NCBI GenBank assembly: GCA_037127655.1
Contig: JBAXXY010000003.1
Location: 1-54,398 of the forward strand
Direction of reading: 5' to 3'
Length of the DNA stretch: 54,398 nt
Origin: Lentisphaerota bacterium
Lineage (GTDB): Bacteria > Verrucomicrobiota > Lentisphaeria > Victivallales > GWF2-38-69
Below are positions 18,645 to 27,178 of this stretch, one piece after another. The position numbers were made by a program, and so were the translations under genes. How positions within the stretch are numbered: the stretch's first letter is position 1; each line of letters begins with the position of its first letter. The notes beneath the pieces were generated by a model. That model worked only from the letters and a program-made list of their open reading frames with translations. It was not told the DNA's origin and searched no databases.

Positions 18645-19340
18645 ATGAATGACATTATGGCAAAAATCGAGGCATTAGAAAAAAGTATTGAACTCCAGTT
18701 TAAGAAATCCAAATCTGGAATTATCTGGACATCAGTAATATATATTGTAATAATAATTTTTGTCTTTGCATACACTTCTTTCATTATGCATGAGCTCAGG
18801 GTGTTGGCTAAACCCCCTGTAGTAGCAGAATTTATTGTTGGCCAGGTTCAGTCAAGGATACCTTTGGCTACTGCAAACCTTAAGAAAAATTCAAACGCAT
18901 ATGCTGATGCTCTTGCAGATAAAACAGTTGCTTATATACGGTCATTTATACCTCTCATAGGAAATATGGCAAAAGGTCAGCTTGATACCACAGCTCAAAT
19001 GATCAATGTTCAGATGGATGAACAGTATCTTCCCATCATAGAAGATTACTTCAAAGCAAATAAAGCCCAAATTACTGAAATGTTCAATACGATGACCGAT
19101 GAACAAGTTGCTCTTCAGATGAATAATATTCTTTTTGAAAAACTAGATAAGAATGTTGCTCTTCTAAATGGACCTATTGCAGACACTGTCAATGAACTAA
19201 AAGCCAAAATTGATAAGTTAGCCAATACTCCTAATTCTCAGCTTACTAATCAGGAGTTGGCTCAAAAGAGAATTATTGCCTACTGGATATACCTGGTCAA
19301 ATATCAGAAGCCTACAGGATTTAAAACTATTAAATTTTAA
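18645..19340 (+). CDS. Hypothetical single-TM helical protein (same layout as upstream gene)
   Basis: RBS, TM segment IIWTSVIYIVIIIFVFAY, helical body. Confidence 0.75.
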   Translation: MNDIMAKIEALEKSIELQFKKSKSGIIWTSVIYIVIIIFVFAYTSFIMHELRVLAKPPVVAEFIVGQVQSRIPLATANLKKNSNAYADALADKTVAYIRSFIPLIGNMAKGQLDTTAQMINVQMDEQYLPIIEDYFKANKAQITEMFNTMTDEQVALQMNNILFEKLDKNVALLNGPIADTVNELKAKIDKLANTPNSQLTNQELAQKRIIAYWIYLVKYQKPTGFKTIKF

Positions 19341-19365
19341 ATTTCCTGAATTTTCATGCTAAACT

Positions 19366-19395
19366 AAAGCCGCAATTTAACATTGCGGTTTTTTT
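19366..19395 (+). terminator. Intrinsic terminator between convergent genes
   Basis: GCCGCAAT-TTAAC-ATTGCGGT followed by a T-run. Confidence 0.75.
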
Positions 19396-20368
19396 AATTA
19401 ATGAATCTTGATTGGATGATTTTCCAGCGCAGTTCTGCTTGGGATTTACCTTGGATGAATGAATTAAAACTCTGGTTGTTATTCATCTTTGCTATTGAAG
19501 AGATTTCCTCAAATGAGCATCTGAATAAAATGGGCATTACATTCCCTTTTTTAGTCAGATAGGAGGTCAAAACTCTCTTTGCTTTAGTAAGTTTGCTCAA
19601 CGCCATGTTGTTGCGGATGACTAAAAAAGCCGGATAGATAACGATGAGTAGCCAAAAAAAGGTCGTATTTATATAGGGGTAGATAACAGCTTTTAATATT
19701 GTCACGACCATAAGCAGGAGAATAGGGGCAAGAATCAGGATTGAGTCCCACTGACTTCTAAAACAGTTTCCCAGATATCTTCTCAGCGGACTTGTGGAAA
19801 TATTGTAGGCGAAGAATTCTTCCAGCTTGTTATCCTTGATAGGGGTTCTGGCTGAGTGGCAAAGCTCGTGCGCGAGAAGTTCTAATGAGGTGTAAAGTAA
19901 CCATTTCTTCTTATTCTTGAATGCATTTCGAAGCAAGATAACTGATAAACCAGAGTCAAACGATACAGCGCATCCGCCGACAAAGAATCCAAAATTTTTT
20001 GGAGCATAGAAAGACTGAATTAGTGATGGCGCAAAAGCATATTTAGATGAGACGATCTGTTTTGCTTCTTCGCAAAGTTCCTGTCCGATTCTGTCGCTGT
20101 TTTTTATTCCTAGTCTGCCGTAAACAATAAAACTATTATCATCTTTCAGCTGATTACCTAGATCCTTGATGTCATTGAAAATTTTATATAGTCTAGCTTT
20201 GAATTCTTCCAGGGTCTCATCTGTGCCTATTATGAAACCCTCTTTGTCGAGCTGGCATAAAGAGGGAATATCAGCTTCATGGAGTGTTTCTAGAAGTGTC
20301 TGAAGTTTATCCAATGATTCATGAGATGAATCAGTAGATTTCGGGTTTTTTAATTCGAAACTTAACAT
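19394..20368 (-). CDS. Hypothetical membrane protein with HExxH zincin-like motif
   Basis: LAHELCHSAR...EEFFAY; two C-terminal TM helices. Confidence 0.65.
   Translation of the reverse strand: MLSFELKNPKSTDSSHESLDKLQTLLETLHEADIPSLCQLDKEGFIIGTDETLEEFKARLYKIFNDIKDLGNQLKDDNSFIVYGRLGIKNSDRIGQELCEEAKQIVSSKYAFAPSLIQSFYAPKNFGFFVGGCAVSFDSGLSVILLRNAFKNKKKWLLYTSLELLAHELCHSARTPIKDNKLEEFFAYNISTSPLRRYLGNCFRSQWDSILILAPILLLMVVTILKAVIYPYINTTFFWLLIVIYPAFLVIRNNMALSKLTKAKRVLTSYLTKKGNVMPILFRCSFEEISSIAKMNNNQSFNSFIQGKSQAELRWKIIQSRFIN
19399..19440. repeat. Direct repeat copy 2 (3' end of 19394..20368)
   Basis: 37/42 identical to 17720-17761; encodes AELRWKIIQSRFI. Confidence 0.8.
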
Positions 20369-20381
20369 TCAAAACTCAACA

Positions 20382-20912
20382 CTACTGCGCAGGAGTGCCG
20401 GACGGCATGTCTGGTTTCTGCATTGTGTCAGGAGTAGATCCGTTCCTGAATGGAGTTCTTATAAATATCTGCTCCTGGAGCTTATTGAAGGCTTCCTGAT
20501 ATGGTTGTGGATTATAAATTGCCGTATCTCTAGATATTACCCCACCGCCATTTGGCTGCGATACTTCACTATGCTCAACGAAATTGAGTCTGATTCTTGT
20601 GTCGCCATTTGCCATATCTTCTATGAAGGCAGTTACTCTGGTTTTCTCATTGCCTGAGAAGAAATCAGATGATGTCGGGCTTTCACCTGTAATGAAACCT
20701 GTATCTATGCTTGCAGAGCTAATTATATATCCAAGATCCTGTAGCACAGACATTGTCGCAGAAAAAGCTATTTTCTTGGATGTTTCAAATTCTCTTGACT
20801 GTATCGCCTGTATCTGAAGGCTTGTCATTTGTGGAGGCGGATTGAACATTTCGCAGCCAGCGACAAAAAGAATTATCGAACATGTGAGAAGTAGATAGAT
20901 TTTTTTTAGCAT
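20382..20912 (-). CDS. Uncharacterised lipoprotein
   Basis: Lipobox FVAGC; QSREFET...MSVLQDLGYII. Confidence 0.75.
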   Translation of the reverse strand: MLKKIYLLLTCSIILFVAGCEMFNPPPQMTSLQIQAIQSREFETSKKIAFSATMSVLQDLGYIISSASIDTGFITGESPTSSDFFSGNEKTRVTAFIEDMANGDTRIRLNFVEHSEVSQPNGGGVISRDTAIYNPQPYQEAFNKLQEQIFIRTPFRNGSTPDTMQKPDMPSGTPAQ

Positions 20913-20943
20913 AGATGGATGGTTTTAGGTGTTAAATTTTAAG

Positions 20944-21354
20944 CTAGAAGGATGTTGACATGAACTTGAAGTCAAGAACTTTCTTATCGGATCCAAACTT
21001 TATTATAAGCGTAGCTGTTCTTGTGGATTGACTGTATCCGCCGCTGCCTGAGTTATAGCCTGCAAGAATAATCGTAGCATAAAAACCATCACTACTTGTT
21101 TGCGCCGACATAGCATTCTTTTGATAACTCCAGACTTCGTTGCCTGACGCATCGGTAGTGATGATATTCGGAGCTCCAAAGGCATTAAGGACATCAGCCT
21201 GAGTTGTTTCGCCTTTCTTGAGATTAAGAACGATATTCGCTTGAGTAAGCGTAGTGTCTTTTGTAGCTGTATCTGTAGAACTGCATCCTGAAATAATTGC
21301 TGATGAAATAACAAAAGCTGAAACAGCTAAAGTCTTTAGGATAGGTTTTTTCAT
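20944..21354 (-). CDS. SmpA/BamE-like lipoprotein
   Basis: Lipobox ISGC; LKKGETTQADVLNAFGAPN...EVWSY; start 21354 behind AAGGAG. Confidence 0.7.
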   Translation of the reverse strand: MKKPILKTLAVSAFVISSAIISGCSSTDTATKDTTLTQANIVLNLKKGETTQADVLNAFGAPNIITTDASGNEVWSYQKNAMSAQTSSDGFYATIILAGYNSGSGGYSQSTRTATLIIKFGSDKKVLDFKFMSTSF

Positions 21355-21470
21355 TATGTTGAAAGCTCCTTTTGTGAAGTTTATGAAAGTATTATATTCT
21401 TTTAGACAACACCTTTCAATAGCAAAACGAGACTTGGTTAAAATGTCCATGTTAAGAGTGTGGGTATAGC

Positions 21471-22319
21471 TTAGATAAACTTATAAGTGAGCAAATGATC
21501 AAGTTTTGACTCAGCTATGCCGTAATAACCACCGCTAATAGGCATGGTGAATTTTGGGTCGGCAGAAGAAGTCAAAGCCACCTGCCTTCCGGAAGGAATA
21601 AGTCCAAGAGTAGGATCGAAAGCTATCCATCCGCCGCCTGGTATGTAGAGATCTATCCAGGAATGAAGATCGGGATTTTCGCCTTCCGGCACTTCTTTGA
21701 TTGCATATCCGCTTACGAAACGCGACGGGATTCCGGCATAACGGCAAATTTGAAGGAAGATTCTAGCTATGTCCCGGCACGATCCTGTTTTAAGATGGAA
21801 AGTCTCGTTGGCGTACTGAGGGTTGGTAGAGACTCGTCTCTGATAAGCTATTATCTCGCGTATTTTTGAGCACATAGTTGTGGTAAAATCTATCGTTGAA
21901 TCCGCGACATCGTTTGAAATTGAATGAATAAAATTCTTAAGTTCATCTGAAAGAGGCTCTACTTCGTACAAATATGGCATCAGATCGGGATGCGTTGCGT
22001 GATTCATGGAGAATGGAACTTTAAGGTATTCAAACGGAGAAAGTATAAAGTCTAGAGAATTGTAGTCTTCAAGCGTCACATCTGAAGTATGTTCAAAACT
22101 AAGCACTTTAGCCTTGCCGTTAAAGAAAGCGCTGTAGGCAAATGAGCCGTCAGTTTCTTCATATCTGAAGAGTGATGACGGAGTCGGAGTGATGACCAAC
22201 TTATGAGAGTTGAGTATTATATGTTTTGCAGGTTTAGGTGTGAGTTTGATAATATGGTTTCCGAAACCTACGCTTTCAGAGTAAGTATAAGAAGTATAAT
22301 GTGTGACGATGCATCTCAT
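21471..22319 (-). CDS. Transglutaminase-like protein
   Basis: HYTSYTY N-domain; GSCRDIA, RFVSGY, LHSW, WIAFDPT triad. Confidence 0.92.
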   Translation of the reverse strand: MRCIVTHYTSYTYSESVGFGNHIIKLTPKPAKHIILNSHKLVITPTPSSLFRYEETDGSFAYSAFFNGKAKVLSFEHTSDVTLEDYNSLDFILSPFEYLKVPFSMNHATHPDLMPYLYEVEPLSDELKNFIHSISNDVADSTIDFTTTMCSKIREIIAYQRRVSTNPQYANETFHLKTGSCRDIARIFLQICRYAGIPSRFVSGYAIKEVPEGENPDLHSWIDLYIPGGGWIAFDPTLGLIPSGRQVALTSSADPKFTMPISGGYYGIAESKLDHLLTYKFI

Positions 22320-22388
22320 AATGGAACCTATTTTAATCGAGTTTTAAAAAGACTGTATTTAGCCATTCTCCCGGCATATTTCCAAGAT

Positions 22389-23333
22389 TTAATTAAAGAA
22401 GAAAGATTCTGATATGGCAGCTCCGATATTGTTCACTTTAGTTTCAAGGGAATCTAGATAATCGTGAAGCCCGAACTTTAGTATTTCGTTAGTATCTGTG
22501 AAGTCGAGCTCTGATCTTAATTTGCCTAACTCCCTCTCAGACTTGAATGTGTATGTATTTGTGGGTGTGCCTGTGATGTTATGGATGCCTGTTTCAGCGC
22601 GGGTCACACAGTATTTTACTGCTCTTGGGAAATTCTTATTCAAAAGCAGAAATTCCAGAATATTAGGAGCTGTCAGCCGTGGATAAGTTTTTCTATACAT
22701 TTCATAAGCGCTTGCGGCTTTGAGAGTAGCGCTCCACTGAAGAAGGTCGAGGGATGTCCCTACATATTCGACTTTCGGCAGGAGGTAGTAATATTTCATA
22801 TCAATCATTCTTGTTATCTTGTCGGCTCTTTCGAGCATCCTTCCCACAAGAGAGAAATTCCAGGCTTCACCATGTGAAAATGTCGTGTGCATTATTCCCG
22901 AAAAGAGATGGCTGCCATCTATGATTTCTTTGATAAAAGCGTTGAGTGTCTCATCAGTCCAATTTTTTGTTTTCTGCCTGCTTTGAACTGAGAGATACAG
23001 TTCATTTATCTGGATCCACATTTCTATTGTCAGGGTATCTCTGATGGTTCGGGCATTTTCTCTGGCTTTTGAAACGCATGAGTAAATTGAATTTGGGTTC
23101 TCTGCGTCAACAGTCAGGAATTTAATAACATTAATTTTTGTATATGAGCTGTATTTTGCTTCGAATAATGCGGCATCTCCTGTCATCATCACAAGTGGGT
23201 TCCACTGCTCTTTAAGCGTAGGAGGAAGCTCCAGGGAGAGATTTTTCAAAACATCAATGAACCTTGCATAATTTTCAGCTCTTTCGATGTACCTGCTCAT
23301 CCAATATATAGAATTTGCTACTCTGCTAAGCAT
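22389..23333 (-). CDS. Alpha-E domain protein (DUF403)
   Basis: MLSRVANSIYWMSRYIERAEN, ARENAR, GRMLERAD, FPRA. Confidence 0.93.
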   Translation of the reverse strand: MLSRVANSIYWMSRYIERAENYARFIDVLKNLSLELPPTLKEQWNPLVMMTGDAALFEAKYSSYTKINVIKFLTVDAENPNSIYSCVSKARENARTIRDTLTIEMWIQINELYLSVQSRQKTKNWTDETLNAFIKEIIDGSHLFSGIMHTTFSHGEAWNFSLVGRMLERADKITRMIDMKYYYLLPKVEYVGTSLDLLQWSATLKAASAYEMYRKTYPRLTAPNILEFLLLNKNFPRAVKYCVTRAETGIHNITGTPTNTYTFKSERELGKLRSELDFTDTNEILKFGLHDYLDSLETKVNNIGAAISESFFFN

Positions 23334-23351
23334 TTTTAGTTCTCCTTATAA

Positions 23352-24779
23352 TCATGAATTTAAAACCCATGTGTCTTTACTGCCGCCGCCCTGAGATGAG
23401 TTAACTACCAGAGACCCTTTTCTGAGCGCTACTCTGGTAAGTCCGCCTTTTGTCACATAGACGCTTTCACCGCAAATAATGTAAGGTCTAAGATCTACAT
23501 GCCGTCCCTCAAGATGGTCATCCACAAGCGTAGGTACTGTAGATAAGGACATGACAGGCTGGGCAATATAGTTTCTCGGGTTGCCGATCATATTATTTCT
23601 GAATTCCTCAAGCTCTTTTTTCGAGGCAGTTGGTCCTATCAGCATTCCATAACCGCCTGATTGGTTAGCGGCTTTTACTACCATATTGGGCAAGTTCTCA
23701 AGGACATGGCTTAATTCTTTCTTTATGGAGCATAGGAAAGTCGGTACATTTGGTATTATGGCGTCTTCTCCGAGATAGTACTTGATGAGTTTAGGCACAT
23801 AGGCGCAAATGACTTTATCATCGGCTACGCCTGTTCCGGGAGCATTTACCAGAGCAACATTGTGTTTCTTAAAGGCTTTGAAAATTCCCGGTACTCCTAG
23901 CATCGAATCAGGATTGAAAGCAAGCGGATCGAGAAACTTGTCGTCAATTCTTCTATAGATGACATGAACTCTTTTTGGCCCATTAGTAGTTTTCATATAA
24001 ACTATGTCATTCTCTACGAAAAGGTCTTTTCCCTCCACTAACTCAATTCCCATTTGCTTAGCAAGGAAAGAGTGTTCGAAATATGCTGAATTGTATATTC
24101 CTGGAGTGAGAATAACTGCCTGAGCATCTGAGCGTTCGCTCACATACTGGAGCATTTCTAGCAATTTAAGAGGGTAGTTGAGTACTGGCATGATGTTCAA
24201 ATCTTCCATCAAATCAGAGAAAGTCCGCTTCATAAGATCTCTATTTTCAAGAACATAGGAAACGCCAGACGGAACCCTGAGATTGTCTTCCAGGATATAA
24301 TACTTTCCGTCAGAATGTCGGATCAGGTCAATTCCGGAGATATGGCACCAGATACCTTTTGGTGGACTGAATCCTTTGCATTCCTTTAGATAGTCTTTGC
24401 TTGAGAGGACTATTGAGCGGGGAATTATTTTATCCTTCATCGCTTTTTGATCATTGTAAACATCATCGATGAACATATTCAGAGCTGTAATTCTTTGTAC
24501 GAGACCTTTTTCGAGAATCTGCCATTCACTATCATGTATTATCCTGGGGATTAAGTCGAAAGGAAAGATTCTTTCGGTTCCTGTCCCTTCAGAATAAACA
24601 TTGAAAGTAACACCTTTATTCAATAGCATTCTATCTGCTATGAATTGGTGCTGTTGAATCTCTTCAATTGGAATTTCCTTGAGCTTCTGGCACAGTTTGG
24701 CATAGGGTTCGCGTATCTGCCCTTTCTGATCCATCATCTCATCGAAGAAATTATTAGTTTGGTAACTTGAAAAATCCAT
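23352..24779 (-). CDS. Circularly permuted type 2 ATP-grasp protein
   Basis: FPFDLIPR, LEDNLRVPSGVSY, YRRIDD, GGLTRVAL, VVNSSQGGGSKDTW. Confidence 0.95.
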   Translation of the reverse strand: MDFSSYQTNNFFDEMMDQKGQIREPYAKLCQKLKEIPIEEIQQHQFIADRMLLNKGVTFNVYSEGTGTERIFPFDLIPRIIHDSEWQILEKGLVQRITALNMFIDDVYNDQKAMKDKIIPRSIVLSSKDYLKECKGFSPPKGIWCHISGIDLIRHSDGKYYILEDNLRVPSGVSYVLENRDLMKRTFSDLMEDLNIMPVLNYPLKLLEMLQYVSERSDAQAVILTPGIYNSAYFEHSFLAKQMGIELVEGKDLFVENDIVYMKTTNGPKRVHVIYRRIDDKFLDPLAFNPDSMLGVPGIFKAFKKHNVALVNAPGTGVADDKVICAYVPKLIKYYLGEDAIIPNVPTFLCSIKKELSHVLENLPNMVVKAANQSGGYGMLIGPTASKKELEEFRNNMIGNPRNYIAQPVMSLSTVPTLVDDHLEGRHVDLRPYIICGESVYVTKGGLTRVALRKGSLVVNSSQGGGSKDTWVLNS

Positions 24780-24880
24780 AAAAATGTCCCTCCTCTTACA
24801 GAAATATATTTAAGTATAATAATTCTAGTTGGGAGTTTAAAATTTAACAACTAACTCCGGCTAAAATTTTTTCAAGCATT

Positions 24881-24977
24881 AGAAAAAGCCGTCTCCGGAT
24901 GGGTCAAGGGGGGTAGGGGAGAGTGAGAGATTCCGGAAACGGCTTTGTCAAGAAAGAGTGATTGTCAATTAACTTTG
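24881..24977 (-). ncRNA. Candidate sigma-54-dependent small RNA or leader with 15-bp stem and C/U-rich loop
   Basis: Arms 24885-24899 and 24932-24946 pair fully only on the minus strand (U-G wobble); 32-nt C-rich loop; U5 tail; begins just downstream of a -24/-12 element. Confidence 0.5.
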
Positions 24978-24987
24978 ATTATGAGTC

Positions 24988-25004
24988 AGCAATACTTGTG
25001 CCAA
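24988..25004 (-). promoter_or_regulatory. Sigma-54 (-24/-12) promoter
   Basis: Minus strand TTGGCACAAGTATTGCT = TGGCAC-N5-TTGC. Confidence 0.75.
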
Positions 25005-25211
25005 AGAGCTTCCATATCTTCTTTTGAGTTCAAATCATTTGATTGAGTTCCAGCATTTATTACTTTATTGTTACACAGCTTCTATCTAAACTACATTTTT
25101 GTATTAGGTCAGATTTATCCATTTTGGGATTAGAAGACTTTAGTCTAGTGCGAATTTGATAGGGTTATGCTATTTTCTTCATTATAAATAAATCGGGTAT
25201 TAAAGGTAACG

Positions 25212-26768
25212 ATGTCCAGAAAACTTATACTGAAGGGAACTGCAGGTACATCAGGTATTCTCCTTAGCCGAATTACTGGTTTGGTTAGAGATATGCTTAT
25301 AGCCAGATTCCTTGGCGGCGGGTCGGTAATGAGTGCGTGGGTTCTGGCTTTTAGGATTCCAAATACTTTCAGAGGGTTGCTGGGAGAGGGCGCCGCTACT
25401 CAGGCACTAATTCCTATTCTTGGAAACACCATCCACACAGATGGAAAAGATAAATTCAAGCGCGACTTCGGCACTATGATTGCTACGCTTGCTATTATCC
25501 TTGCTATTCTTTGCGTAGTCGTATCGGCTGTGTGCCTGGTGATAAGACCGTATTTTCCTGCTTACCGTGTCAATGCGGCTTTGTCGCTTATGCCGATTCT
25601 TATGCCATATACATTTTTCGTTTGCCTGACAAGTATATGCGCTGGAGTGTTAAATATTTTCGACAAATACTTTCTGCCGGCTCTAACTGCTATGGCTCTA
25701 AATTTGTGCATAATTATCGCATTGCTGATATTCTATAAAGCTTCGCCTGAGACTCAACTAGTCAATATCAGCTGGGCATCGCTGATTTCAGGCGTACTTC
25801 AGCTTGGGTGGCTCTTTTATCTTTTGAAAAAAGAAGATGCTTTCCCGTATCCTTTAAGACCGGGTTTATGGAAAACTCCTGTGGTTAAGGAATTTTTCAC
25901 TTTGGCCATTCCCCGCTTTATCGGGGCTACTGCTGTCCAGATAAGCTCACTTATGGATAGTTTTATGGCTATCTATATAAGCTCTTATGCGGCTCCTGCG
26001 CTCTACTTCAGCGAGAGGTTGGTATATTTCCCGATCGGTATCTTCGCAGTTTCACTCGGGAATGTCTGCCTAGTTTCAATGACCAAGCATATTTCTGAGA
26101 ACAATTTTGCCATGGTGATTAAAGATATGCGCTACGGACTTAAACAAATAATCTATGTAACCGTACCGATGGCTGTCTTTTTTATCATTTTCAGATATGA
26201 AATACTAAATATTTTATTCGGCGGTAATGAGTTCGGCTCCAAATCAATTGATGAAGCTTCCTGGGCCACTCTCTTCTATTGCTTCGGTATCCCGTCTTTT
26301 TGCGCCATGAAGATTATTTCTTCGGCTTTCTACTCACAGAAAGACACGAAAACTCCCGTCAAAGTCGCTCTCTGGTGCATCCTTCTGAACTTTATCATAA
26401 ACCTGGCGCTGATGTTCCCTCTCCAGCAGGGCGGTATTGCATTGGGAACTGTTATTTCATCAATAGTAAACTGCCTGACACTTATGTATATTTTCAAGAA
26501 AAGGCACATGATTAAAGAGGGCAGTAACGAGGTCTTATTCTGCCTCCTCAAAGTTGCTATGGCAAGTATTGTCTCTGTCGTCATATCGCTGCTAGCTGTA
26601 AAACTCTGCTCTCACATTCAGTTTTTTGCCTATCTGGACTGGAAAGGAATCCTTACTGTTATCTTTGGATGCCTGTTCTTCTGTATTATCTACTTCGTAA
26701 TAAACTTTTTTATGCACTCACCCGAACAAAAAGACTGGGCTTCTCTTATCTCTTCAAAGCTAAGATAA
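25212..26768 (+). CDS. murJ: Lipid II flippase MurJ (MviN)
   Basis: SRITGLVRD, AFRIPNTFRGLLGEGA, FYSQKDTKTPV; many TM helices. Confidence 0.93.
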   Translation: MSRKLILKGTAGTSGILLSRITGLVRDMLIARFLGGGSVMSAWVLAFRIPNTFRGLLGEGAATQALIPILGNTIHTDGKDKFKRDFGTMIATLAIILAILCVVVSAVCLVIRPYFPAYRVNAALSLMPILMPYTFFVCLTSICAGVLNIFDKYFLPALTAMALNLCIIIALLIFYKASPETQLVNISWASLISGVLQLGWLFYLLKKEDAFPYPLRPGLWKTPVVKEFFTLAIPRFIGATAVQISSLMDSFMAIYISSYAAPALYFSERLVYFPIGIFAVSLGNVCLVSMTKHISENNFAMVIKDMRYGLKQIIYVTVPMAVFFIIFRYEILNILFGGNEFGSKSIDEASWATLFYCFGIPSFCAMKIISSAFYSQKDTKTPVKVALWCILLNFIINLALMFPLQQGGIALGTVISSIVNCLTLMYIFKKRHMIKEGSNEVLFCLLKVAMASIVSVVISLLAVKLCSHIQFFAYLDWKGILTVIFGCLFFCIIYFVINFFMHSPEQKDWASLISSKLR

Positions 26769-26799
26769 TTACCGCTTATTGATTAAATGATGGCTTGGG

Positions 26800-26988
26800 G
26801 GAGGCTTCCAATGCTCTGGGGGAATATTGCGACGCTCTTCCGGAGATCTCCAAAGCTTCTCCGGAGCATTCCGAAACTCTGTCGGAGGTCTCCAAAACGA
26901 TTTCGGAGGGTTCCGAAGTTCCTTCGGAGTATAGCGAAGCTCTGTCGGAGGGTTCCGAAACTTCACTGGAGTATTCCCCCGGCATGGG
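26800..26988. repeat. Degenerate 21-bp tandem repeat, 9 units
   Basis: Units begin GGA(G) at 26800, 26821, 26842 ... 26968; consensus approx. GGAGxxTTCCGAAGCTCTxTC. Confidence 0.85.
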
Positions 26989-27178
26989 GCAGAATGCCTT
27001 TAATTAATCGTTATCATATGATTTTCATATAGTTAACGCTATTGTTATCTTTTAAGTTACGAGCGGTCATGGGAGGAATCCAAGCTTTTTTTATGCAGAT
27101 AGCCAGAGCAATTGCAATAGAACAATAAATCATTTATACTTGTCGAAAATAGATATAAAGATCAAATAAAATATTCTG

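Noticed and set aside
26800-26988. CRISPR array
   Set aside because: Contiguous degenerate 21-mers with no unique spacers and no cas genes
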